Positions 11,202 through 22,478 of a stretch of 64,000 nt of DNA are shown in pieces. The first letter of the stretch is position 1. Each line of letters starts with the position of its first letter. The notes under the pieces were generated by a model, which was given only the letters and a program-made list of their open reading frames with translations, was not told the origin of the DNA and searched no databases. Source of the stretch: Anthoceros angustus (Eukaryota > Plantae > Anthocerotophyta); assembly GCA_010909165.1 (NCBI GenBank), contig MU008155.1, positions 620,001-684,000 on the forward strand, read 5' to 3'. Both the position numbers and the translations under genes were made by a program.

Positions 11202-14200
11202 CTAGAGCCGCAAATACTTGGAAGCCTCCTCTGTAACATGCATCGTGTTAGCTTTTTCTCTTAGAGATTTACCTGGTCGGATCCCAAAGCCCGTTGCCAG
11301 TGTCCGCAGTCCTTTCATCTGGGGCACAACCGGTGGTCCAGTCCAGTGGCCAGTCTTGGCAGCAGCAGACTTCGTGCCGCTCTTGACAATGTTTGCCGTC
11401 TTGCCGACATTCGAAGCAGAGTTGTCCAAATCAATCTTGTTTTCCAATGGTTGGAAGGGGAAGATGCTCTTGTACGCCAGGGCTGAAGCCTGGCCAGCAG
11501 GTGGCCTCAAGCAAGCCAGCCGGCTGCTTCTGTTGTTGTTGCAGTCCGGAAGTGAAGCCACTCGGAGGCTAGCTTCCATCTCTCGCTCAACCGGGGCGCC
11601 AGAAGGTTCCTGCATATAAGACGATCGTCAGGAGTTGTCATGACACAAAACCGGTAACACCGTCTCGTCAAATGCACAGCTGTCGGATGGAGCTCCTTAC
11701 TCCGTTCATGAACAGAAAGCTGAAATCGTGCTTTGTCTCGGGAATGTGTGGCTCGATCTCCTTTCGCAGATCCGCCAGACTTGCCCCTTTGCTTATACTA
11801 ACCATGTGGATGAGCTTTCTCGTGGTCTCTTTGGAAGCCTCCCATTTCACGAACACTTGGCATTTCTCAGCAGCCATGGATCTCGAGCTCTCATTATCCT
11901 TGGCGACACCCTCCTCATTTGACGATTGCCTGCCAGCACTATTGCTTTCTGGCTGCTCAGGAGTGGACCTTTCGGGCCTCACTTTAGAGCTCCCAGATGA
12001 CGGTTTATGATCAGACCCCTTGTTCGGCAACCGGAAGAGGTTACCAGAAAGCGAGAGCAGCTTCTTGCTCTTCAGCGGAGATGCCTTCAGCGGAGAGCCT
12101 ACGGGTGAGGCCAACGTCGACGGACCAGGAGACAATTCCAAGCCCTTCACAGCTGTTCTGGCTGCAGGAGACTTGCCATCAGAAGCAGGCGGGGAAGATC
12201 TTCGAGGAGAAGTCTTCACCTCGGAGACCCGGCTCAGCTTGCTCTCCGCCGGTGTTCTGGCAGAACCGTCACTCGCCTTGAGTCCATCTTCCCCTCCTCG
12301 GACGCTCTCGCTGGTCCCTCGGGACGCGAGCTCTTTCCGTTGCCTGGTCTCACCACAAAGCAGGAAAATGGACTCTATCCGTGCTCTTCTGTTTGCGCTC
12401 GCAGATTTACCCTCGCCTGCAATCACAAGCTCTTTGCCTGTACTGGAAGGAGTTCGTTGCATTGGTGTTGCCAGCTCCAAGCCTTCACCACCCCTTCTTC
12501 CTTCAGACGTGCTTTCTCCTGCTGTACTGTACATGCCTCCAGCTGCTACTCTTGATTCCTCGCCTTCCTGAGTCGATGAGCTCCCGCCGAGCCTTGAGTC
12601 CGTCGGTCCTCGAATTACACCCGTAGTGCTTGCCACCCTTCCCTTTTCTTCCTGCACTTCCGTCCTCAGATCGTTCAGGCTCTCCATGATACTTTCCAGC
12701 ACAGAGCGTCCTGAGGAATCCCTTTTCGGACTGGGGCAACCAGAACTGCTTTCAGCCTCTTCCTTCACTACAGGAGATCGGGATTCAACTGCTGATCTCA
12801 GACTGTCAGTGATGGTTGCACTCACGTCCGTCCAGGCTGGTGTTGGCCTCCAGCTTTGACCCACTTTCTCATCTTGGGAAGTCTCCCTGAAATCAGCTGG
12901 GGAGTCCACTTGATTGAGGGGGTAGCGCTGTGAGGCCTCGTCATCCGCTTCTTGCTTGACTCGGATTTCAGTTTGTGAATACGGGAGGCCCATGAATTTG
13001 TCTCGGTTGAGATTGCTTGGAAACAGCGGCTGCTGCAAGAAAGAGTCCTTGCCTGTGCTTCCAAATGTCCTCCCAGCTACGTCACCTGCATGATCTGCAC
13101 CAGGAGTTCTTGAGCTGCCAGTATCCATGTCCTCCTCAACCTCTTCCTCTTCACGCCCTTCGTGAATGATGGGCAGCCAGCCTTTAGTATGAAGAGAAGC
13201 TCCACTCCATGCGAAGAGGTCATCGTCATCATCGTGCTCTTCTTTCTTAACGAAGAGATTCCTAGTGGTAGGAGAGGCCTGCTTGTCACTGCCAGGCCTT
13301 GCTTCATCATGTTCTACATCATTCTCCGTCACAATCCCTGAGCGACCCTCTGGGGATGACAGCGGCGCCTTAATTGACTGCTCATTACCATCCTCTCTAA
13401 GACGGGCTGACACTCTTTCAGAGAGTCTGCTGAGAATATCTACCTTCGTGCTATTCCTCGGTGTTCTGTCCAGGGCTGGCACTGCTGGACTTGCGCAGCC
13501 CTCCAGTGTGGGTAACCTTTCGTCATCATCCTCCTCTCCTGATGTATCGTGTTCTGACCCTCGGTCGTATTCCGGACTTCCAGATGCGCCAGCCTCTTCC
13601 AGAGGAGATCTCGTGGGCTCTGCTACCGGACGCTGTGCTTGACTCACAAGGCTGATAGAAGATGGCGATACATCCTGTAGACCTGACTCTTCTTTCATCA
13701 TCAGATCTTGCAGACGAAACCCTGGTATCTGAACTTCAGGCAGGGCACATTTCTCCACTGGAGGAGGGACCATGTCAAGAGCATCTCCCTCAGCGAAGGC
13801 AGACTTAAGTCTTCGAACCTCGCTCTCCGCCTTTTCCGCCCGCAATGACATGAAGTTGATGGTCATCTGCTGCCTTTGTAGCTCCTTTTCCATTTCTTGT
13901 ATCTTCCTCCTACCCTCTTCCTCGGCGAGCCAACGAGCCTCTTCCAGTTTGTTCTCCAGTTCACGCTCCAATTCCTGTCTCAGCTCCCTCCTTAGCTGAT
14001 CAACTTTCACCTTCAATTCGAACTGCAAGTCATACCCCATTGACTTCTGTCTCTCCATCTCCTCAATCTGCATTCGGAGCCGCCGTGTCTCAGCTTCTTT
14101 CTCCTGGACCAGCCTGTCTCGCTGCTCAATCGCTTTATCTTTCTGCTCCTGCGTTTGCCGAAGCTTTTCGATGCATGCATCCTTGAACCTAACTTTTGCG

Positions 14201-15782
14201 ATCAGTTCTTGATCCGACCCTGCGGTCACCTTATCCTTAGGAGGAGAGTTGGGCAGTCGGACTATACACTTAGCCTTGGCTCCGTATTCCAGTGTACCAA
14301 GAGTTTTGTAGATATCCCTTAGATCCGGACTAGCACAAAGAATCATCAAGATCCTGGCGCCATCATCCTCAAAAGAATCCTGTAATTCATTACCAGCCCA
14401 CTTAGGGTAACTTTCCAACAAAACAGCAAGCTTTTATCGAAGTGCCTAACAAGGGACAGTAGTGATGGCCTGGAATAACAAACCTGCAGTATCATCGTGA
14501 GCTTGCTGTCCCTGTAAGGAATATGCTCATGGCCATTTGCTATAGCTTCAACAACACGCTTCAAAGCACCGTTGCCCTGATTTATTTTCCCAGTCTGCAA
14601 ATACGGCATCCCATGCCAAAATGCTTGTCAGCATCCTGACTGACCACACTCTGGGTCTGCGGCTGCACAATGGAGGCTGTTGTGTCGTACCTGGAGTCTT
14701 GCCTCGGATCCAATCCCTGCTTGCTCGATATTCTCAGAGCCAGCCATATCCACAAGCACTAGCCTTCCTCCTACGGCTGGAACTTCCAGGATTACCTACA
14801 TTGCCAGCAGTCACGACCATTTCAGATGCTAGGCCCTCACACCAGTCACGATACAATCCCCAACCCAAAAACATGCTTAGGACATGAGCGGGAAGGCAAC
14901 CTTACCACGCAGTGACTTCGAGAACTACGGTCATTGCAATTTGTTGACTTGATGACACGAGACTTCTCTGTCTTGGTAATCTGAAGGAACAGCTTGTTAT
15001 GTTCGTTCCCAGTAATCCACGTTGCCTTCTGCAACTTTTTGCCCATTACTTCCAGCTTCACCTGCAGAGGAGAAACCACAAGCCAGTCAGCGCCTGGAGA
15101 AACTTCACAGCTTCGAGTCGAAACCCACTGAGAGCAAGCAAGAGGGAAGGAAACGGACTCTGGGCACAAGCACATTCTTGGGCAAGCCCGGAGCGTTGCC
15201 AGTCGGACCCAGCAAATCAAAGATTTCCTCATTGTAAATCTCAATAATGGACGCCCTCACAGTGACAGGCCCACAGCCATGGGGACCGTAGGTGTTGGGG
15301 TCCATGATGTTCCGCAGAGCAAGATAAGCAATGCCCTTCTCAGAGCTGGAGCCAAACATGGTATGACTCTTCCCAGCACCTGTAGGCCCATACATCATAA
15401 CCGTGCACCTGCCGCCACCCTTCACATCATCCACCCGAGCTTCCACGTACTTGGCGTAAAACTCCAGCAAGTCCTCCCTCTCGGCAAGCGACACCCCGTC
15501 CAGGGAGAATTCCCGAGTACCCCCCTGCTCCATCTTCACCCTGATCCTCTTCCCATCGAACACCTGCAACGCAGACTCATCCTTGCCCTCCGGGTGCTGC
15601 CGCACTCTCCCCACCACTTCCACAGGATGGCTGCTGGCACCTGCTCCCAGCTGGTACCCAGCCCCGGTGCTGTCCAGCGCGCCCATGGCCACCCCGAACC
15701 TGCTGGGAGTGGAAGCGAAAGCCTGGGGCGTTCCCGGTGGCTTCCTCGGCGACAGAGGCGCGCTGAAGATAGCGGGCGCCAT
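11202..15782 (-). CDS. PAKRP2: Kinesin-10 / PAKRP2 (KINID1)-like phragmoplast kinesin, 6 exons
   Basis: HPVEVVGRVR, MMYGPTGAGKSHTMFG, SSRSHC, LVDMAGSE, RDSKLT and ILMILCASP motor motifs; C-terminal VKWEASKE...ADLRKEI domain. Exons approx. 15782-15159, 15061-14906, 14795-14691, 14594-14484, 14379-11701, 11609-11202, all GT-AG. Confidence 0.92.
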
Positions 15783-16950
15783 CACTGCCCCCTCCCGACT
15801 GCCACCCAGCTTCCAGACCAAGTCACCCTACATTGCCGGCCCCGCCCGATTGTGGCTAACACCTACAATGCGCAAGACCCAAGACCTCTCTCCCCACAGA
15901 GCATGCGTCTAGCACCGTCACCTCACCACACGCATTTCATACCACGCCGAGGGAATTTCGATGCTCAGCTTCGAGCACCCAGCTCCGGATGACTTCTCCT
16001 ACACACACGCATTGTCCATGGCTCCCAGGCAGCAATGCAGCAACAAGGAGAGGGCTGGGAAGGGAAGAAGAATTAAGGCCTTGGCAATTCGCTCCAATTC
16101 CAGCCTGCTGGTAGCACACTGGGTTGGTGAAGACGGCAGGGCGGGAGTGGAGGAGAGTAGAATAGAGTGAAGTGGGCGCATCGCGTTTTGGTGGCAACGG
16201 TTGGGAATCTTGGGGGGAAGAGGAACCCAGCAAGAATGGATGGTTTGGCCAGACGGAGGGTTTGCAGAAAGAGGGTCCTCGAGTCTCAGGAGGAGCCGTT
16301 GCGCACACGAGCATTGTTTGAATTCAAGGGGCCTCGATTATCGCGGCATCTGACATGCCCTAACGGCACTTTCCTAACTATGCATGTACATATGTCGCAG
16401 CTTTTATATTTAGCTCCGGTTCTCACCTGGCAATGAACTCCCGGAGTGCTTGCTCTGCTCTTCGCGATCGGTGACGTCCAATGTCTGCAGTTTTCATTTC
16501 GGCAAACGAAATGTGCAGTTTCAGTAGAGATAACTCTCGCTCGACACAGCTAGCTATATTTTGCAAGTATGAGAGGACGATCTAGATGTTTAAAAATATT
16601 TGGATTGTGCAGATAAAAGGTTATTAGTTAGGCTGACTTTAATCAAGACCAATTGAAATAAAACTAGATCCAAGTTTGATAACTTGTACAAGGGAATTTT
16701 TATTCGTGGTGAAGGAAAACTTGAAAAAATATATCTGGTAATTCACAGATTTTCTCCTTGATTGAACATAATATCTCACTTGCTGAGAAGCGGGGAAATA
16801 TTATCATATTTTATTAAAATAATATATTATATATGAATTAGTTTATTTTGATAGAATATAGATAAGTTGTTGTTTACATAGGTAGATATTTTCCTAAATA
16901 AGTCGTTGTTTACATAGGTAGATAGATGTTTAGATAACATAAAATGAATT

Positions 16951-17020
16951 GTTGTTGTCTAGTAGTGAGTATTCCAACATGTATCCGGGTGACCCGGTTC
17001 GATCCCGAGCAAGCAACAGC
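16951..17020 (+). pseudogene. Degenerate tRNA-Asp(GTC)-like sequence
   Basis: GTTGTTGT..AGTATTCC..CGGGTGACCCGGTTCGATCCC..GCAA aligns by eye with the plant tRNA-Asp body; A-box and anticodon arm are damaged, B-box retained. Confidence 0.65.
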
Positions 17021-17250
17021 ATTAGCCGCGAAGCCGTAAGTCCAATCGTATATTTTGCTCCAACCCGACAACCCTGGCAACAACAAAAGTCACTAAGGCG
17101 TAAGTTCAATCATGTATTTTGCTCCAACCCATAAGCAACGCCGTAAGTAGAAATATTTTGTTCCAACCATACATTTTGCTCCAACCCAGCAACGGCGTAA
17201 GTTGCAAAGCCGTAACAATATTGGCTTCAACCTACAGTAGCGTAAGTCAC
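17020..17250 (+). repeat. Imperfect repeats of the tRNA-Asp 3' end plus trailer
   Basis: Recurrent (GCAAC)G[G/C]CGTAAGT...TATTTTGCTCCAACCC units, about 4-5 copies. Confidence 0.6.
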
Positions 17251-17525
17251 CTCGATGTAAAGTAGAATTTTTTCAATGACTATTCTGCCCCTTTGTATTC
17301 ATTCTATGTTGTGATGTTTTGAAGTTGGATCATAGTGACATGTTGAGACAAGAACTCCACAGTTAAGACCTCTTGTATTCATTTATAATGTTGAATTAGG
17401 CCATTCTGTCGTGATACCTAATGTCGCAGTGGAGAAGTATCGTAATTCTCACCTGTATTTAGATATAGGAAAAGAAAGAAAACCTAACGAAGAATCTAAG
17501 ACTATCTTGCAGCTAGCTAAAAGAC

Positions 17526-19900
17526 CTAGTGTCCTAGCTTGATAATAGGCCCCTGCTTTATACCCGATAATAGATCCCCTGCTTTATACCCCTTTCCCTC
17601 CCCCGGAGTTTTAACTTGACACTCTAGGCAAAACGCCAAATTAGGAGGCACCTCTACCAATTCAAGTTTAAGGCAAAAGACATGAAATCCCGAATTACAC
17701 CCATCACACAACAACATCTTGTCAGCATCATCGATGCGGTGACAAACCTTGCAAGGAAAATTGATTGGTGGCACCCAGCTTGCAATGATCATGGTTGTAT
17801 CGAGTTCGGAAGGTGATACAGCGCACAATTCTTGAAGTTGTCCTTCATTGAGCGGCCATCAGAACCCTCAAGAACAAGAATACCGTTAGGCTGAACAGCT
17901 TTAACCCAAAAGGATGTGTTAACTAGCAGAAGAATCTAATGTGTCAAATTTTTTACGTTGCAAATAGATGAAGTCACCAACTAAAAAATTTCTGACCTGA
18001 GGTCGATAGCTACCATCACAGACATGAGCATAATGTAATGTATCACGGTGCTGAGCAATCCTCGAATTGCACATTGCCATGGGCATCGAGTACTCGCTTG
18101 AAAAGAACAACTCGGTCGGAGACCACCTTAGGCCACTTTTCGGGACAATGTCCAAGTTGACAGTGAGCTCCATTTGTGAAGCTATGGCAGAGGGTGGCAA
18201 AAGCTGTCTTCCAAAGAGTAGGTGAAAGGGTGAAAAACTATCCAAGCTTGCATGCTGAGACATCCTATAGCCCATAGCTAGGTAGGAAAGTATCAGGTCC
18301 CAATCCCATACATGCAGCGAGGCCATCTGCTTGGGGGATGGTCTGGGGAAGTCCTACGATGGTCAATCAAAGCGCTGTCCAACAGGTTCTAAAATTCTCC
18401 ACGGAATTCAGCTCTCTGATCCGTAAGGCACTCGACACAAGCGGCAGGAACACTGAAGAAATGGCTAGCTCGCGCTCCAACTGGTCTTATCTGTAAAGCA
18501 ACAAACTCAACCCACTTGCTAAAATGTTCTATCTTGACCATGATATAGGTCATGCCTCTAGGAGTGCGAGGCAATTCCCCAGCCCTGTCACAAGACCAAC
18601 TGTAGAACAAGCCCTCGATGGGCAGTGAATGTAAATGAGTTGCGAGCTCTCAATAGAAAACAAAGCCTCACCCTGATCACATTGAGCACAACGTGACACC
18701 AAATCTTTCACTTGGTTGTACATACTTGTCGCACGAGGTAAGCACTTGCATTCATATAAGCACCTTCTCAACAGACAACCAAGCACAATAAATCTATGTA
18801 GCAAGTGATCCTTTTTCCAGCAATATCACTTTGCCCGCTTCTAAGCTCTATCCTTCTGAGCTGCTGACAAGCCTAATGCATGCTTGCCATGCTGCAGAAA
18901 ATGCACGGTAGGCTGATTTAGCCAGATGTTAATTACCTGCTCCTTAGTCGACTCTGCAGCATGGACGGACAGCGACACAAATCCAGCAATTCAAAAATCA
19001 GGCATGGCTTTGTCAAAGTCTTGATGGGCACCTGTGACATTCTCAACTTGTGTGGAAGGACTGCGAGACAATGCATCCGCATTTTCATGGGTGGAACCAA
19101 ACTTATGGACCACATTAAACTCGTACTCTTGGAGAATCATCAATCCTCAAGATCAGTTCCTCCTGCAACTTCAGCTTGAATGTCTCGAAGGCTTGTTGAC
19201 ATTCTTCAATCCATTCCAATGTTGATGTCTTTTTCAGCTAATTCAAAGGATATGTTATGCGGCTGAATTCATAGAAATAGATCCTGTAGTAATTGGCCAG
19301 GCCTAGGAAGGGCCTCAATTTTCACCTCCAAATTTTGTTTATCAGTAACATTTTAAGTTCTCAGACCCATCTACTACCTTTTCGATGACGCGCTGAAATA
19401 TCACGAGTGCATTTTTCAGACCAAATGGCATCACAAGCCAATCCCACAGCTGCCTACTTCCATGAAAAGTTGTTTTATGACAATCTTCCGCCTCTAAGAC
19501 AATCTGATTGAAGCCTTGTCTTAAGTCCAAGATTGACAAGTACTTCGTTTGTCCAAGGCTATAAAAAATGTGTTCTAGAACGGGCATAAGATACCGATCT
19601 TGTGGGGTCATTGATTTATGGGATGATAGTCCCCGCACATCCGCTTTTCAGTCCACAATCTAAAGCTGTCCTTCTCCGCTGGAAGGACGCTAGCTGCAGT
19701 GTACGAGGATGAAGATGGCCGCAGCAAGCCAGCCTCCCACGATTCTCGACACCTATTATCAACCAACTTAGAGAAGGCAAAGATGTCTTTGAATTCTAGG
19801 ATCAACACCTAAAGCCTTTGATTTTCTAAGTCAGACAACTTTTCCCCAAACAGCCAAGGGTGAGTGCTCGCATTTGTAGCCACCTTCTCTTTCGCAGGTG
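17526..19900 (-). mobile_element. Ty3/gypsy retrotransposon remnant (RT-RH-IN) with a C-terminal PHD finger
   Basis: RMCGDYH, LDLRQGFNQI, VMPFGLKNA (RT); integrase HHCC/core (CAQCDQ, EHFSKWVE, TDQRAEFRGEF); PHD CKVC..LLCDGC..FHVFC..FCLEC. Many stops and frameshifts. Confidence 0.85.
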
Positions 19901-20049
19901 ACAAAGATGAGTTATCTGCTGGTCATGTGCTTGCAGCATAAGCAAAAGTCTAAAATATTTGTCGAAATGGTAGTTTTCCACCACCGGCTTCCAATCGGAA
20001 TGAAAGCTAAACTAAATTATGGAAAGATTATTGAATGGTAGCGAGCATG

Positions 20050-21580
20050 CACAGGATCGTATGGAAAAAAGAATATTATATTTGTACCATCAATCTATTT
20101 GTGTGTCTGTATGTATTATGCTAGGTAGAGGATTGCCCTGGTTGTGCGTGTTCAGAGTGAAGGGGCGCACCTCTTCACCATGAGGTATGTTCAGGTTTTA
20201 TCTAACTGGTGGCTTAACTAGGATGCTTTGTCTGAATTCTAATACTCCCCCTCAGACATATCAGCCTAGTTGGGAACAGGATGAACTCTAAGAAGACTCA
20301 TGCACCCTATTTCACATCGAGTTGGACAACCTCCCAATCATGATTAGTGGCAAATGCTAGAATAGTGCGCAGAGAACTTATCTGAACTTATCTGAATCCG
20401 ATCGTAATCGGCTCCATCTCTTTGAGTGTAGCCGTGTGTAACGAGACGAGCCTTATAGCACTCGATTTCCCCATCGGTAGTATACTTGATTGAATATGTC
20501 CATTTGCTCCCCATGGCTGAACGCCCTTCTGGCTATTCACAAACCTAACAAGTTTTAGTATAAACGAGTGACTGAAACTCCTCATCCATCGCCTTTTTCC
20601 ATTCAGAGGCTTGTGGCTCAGAGATGGCCTCCTTATAAGAAGATGGCTCCGCGATATCGAGAGAGACCATCAAAGCTTTGGCATAAGTAGGAGCTACAAG
20701 ATTTGGCTGCGGCAAGCCCAACTGAGGATCTCGAGACACAAGTAGAAATGAGCATGGCCTGTTCAAGATTCTCATGGGCTTTCTAGGAAAGTTATCTTTG
20801 TCGTATGGAACGTCGAATCTCGGGAGCCGCTGCCACCAGTGGTGACAAGTCAGAGGGGTGAGTGACCTCATCGGCAAGCAAGGGAAATTCAATGCCTTCC
20901 TCCTCAGCATCTGCATCACTACAAGGCAGAGGAGGATCGGGAATTGGCGGAGTATCAGGCAAAGCAACAATAAGCGAGTGAGCGATGGGCAATGGAGCCT
21001 CAGCCTGTGAAGTGGCTCTACAGTAATTGCGGGCTCCGCAGCTTGCTCATGTGTTGATACCCACTCATCCTCCCCCCAAACACTTGAGCGAGATTCCTCC
21101 TCACGTGAAGTTGGGGAGAAGACATCAGTAAAGATGAAAGGGACTTGTGTAAGGGTGGAAGATGTCATAAGGTGTTCTTTATTTAATAGAACATCACGAG
21201 CGAAAACCATACGCTTGGTACTTTTAAGGTAGATACGATAGGCTTTTATAGTTTCACCATAGCCAAGTAAAATACCTTTGAGATTTTGAATCTAGTATCC
21301 TACGTACGGTCTTAGGAATGTGGACATAGGCAGTACATCCAAAGATTCGTAGATGTCCAAGGTGAGGCTTACGGCTTGATTAGGCCTCAAACTGTGTCTT
21401 CTTATCAATAGCCTTCGTAGGTAGGCGGTTAAGAAGGTAATTGGCTGTGTTTAAAGCTTCAGCCCAGTAATGGTTAGGAAGGCAAGCATGTTTTAACCCG
21501 GAACGACCCATCTCAACTTGAGTCCGGTGACGCCTTCCAACAACCTTATTCGCCGGAAACAACCTCGTTCTGCTTCGGGT
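20050..21580 (-). mobile_element. Second Ty1/copia remnant, internally deleted, with PPT and 3' LTR
   Basis: Integrase YWAEALNTANYLLNRLPTK; EPSSYKEAI..EWKKAMDEEFQSL; RT start jumping directly to the PPT TGAGGGGGAG (20245-20254), followed by an LTR-like AT-rich segment whose left boundary is approximate. Confidence 0.8.
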
Positions 21581-22478
21581 TGTCTTATGTATGTGGCATA
21601 CTGCCGGTTATCGGGTATAATGTATAGGTCCATAATCCTCGGCATCATGCCAAACCAGAAGGGTATATATGTAGTATCTCTATACTCAAATTATTAAGGA
21701 GTTTGTTTTGTGTGTGCTGAATAAAGCTAGGTATTTATGTATAGCTACCTATTCAGGTTAAGTTAGATATCTAGCTATTTCAGGTATAACTAGCTATTCA
21801 AGTTTTCGTTTCCGTAGGTATTATCTATATTAAAGCTACTTTTTCAGTAAAACTAGATATTTAGATTTCTTTTGTAGGTGTTATCTATTCTCTTCTGTAT
21901 TATCTCTTCGTTTGTAGCTGTTATCTATTCTTCTGTATCTTCTGAATCTAGACCCTAGAGACTAATCCACTTAAGATTTTGAAATCATGTGGAAATGGAG
22001 AGCTGATGTACAAAAGTCGTCATGATTATGGGAGACGATGTACAAAGAGTAGATAAAAACCGTGTTTACAAGGATTTAGTATACTTTATGAAGGAAGAAC
22101 ATCTTCTCCAAAGGTACATAGATATGTAGCAACATCAAGACCGCCTTGTATAGCTCATTTAGGCAAGCTATCTAAGGACTTGATGCTGGACGACATATAT
22201 GCTGCATACCGCTCTAGAGAACTTTTTCGTTCAAAGAATATGTATCTGTGAATCCTTATAAATACGTCTTTATCTCGTTTTTGTAGCCTTTATTGCAGGC
22301 TGATGTCCTCTCACATAGTAGTGGCGACCTTTATACAGTTCTCAACAGCCAGGCAGCCTTGATTGACAGAAGGAGAACCTCACCCACCACTACCAGCCAC
22401 ACCAGCTGCGTCTCATGTATTGCGGTTCTCTCCATCCGCTGATCGACGCATACGAGATATCAAGACTCGTGAACTTTG

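Noticed and set aside
21700-22300. AT-rich low-complexity repeats (GTAG.T.TTATCTAT) resembling those near 16860-16940
   Set aside because: No clear termini, TSD or coding signal; could not be classified.
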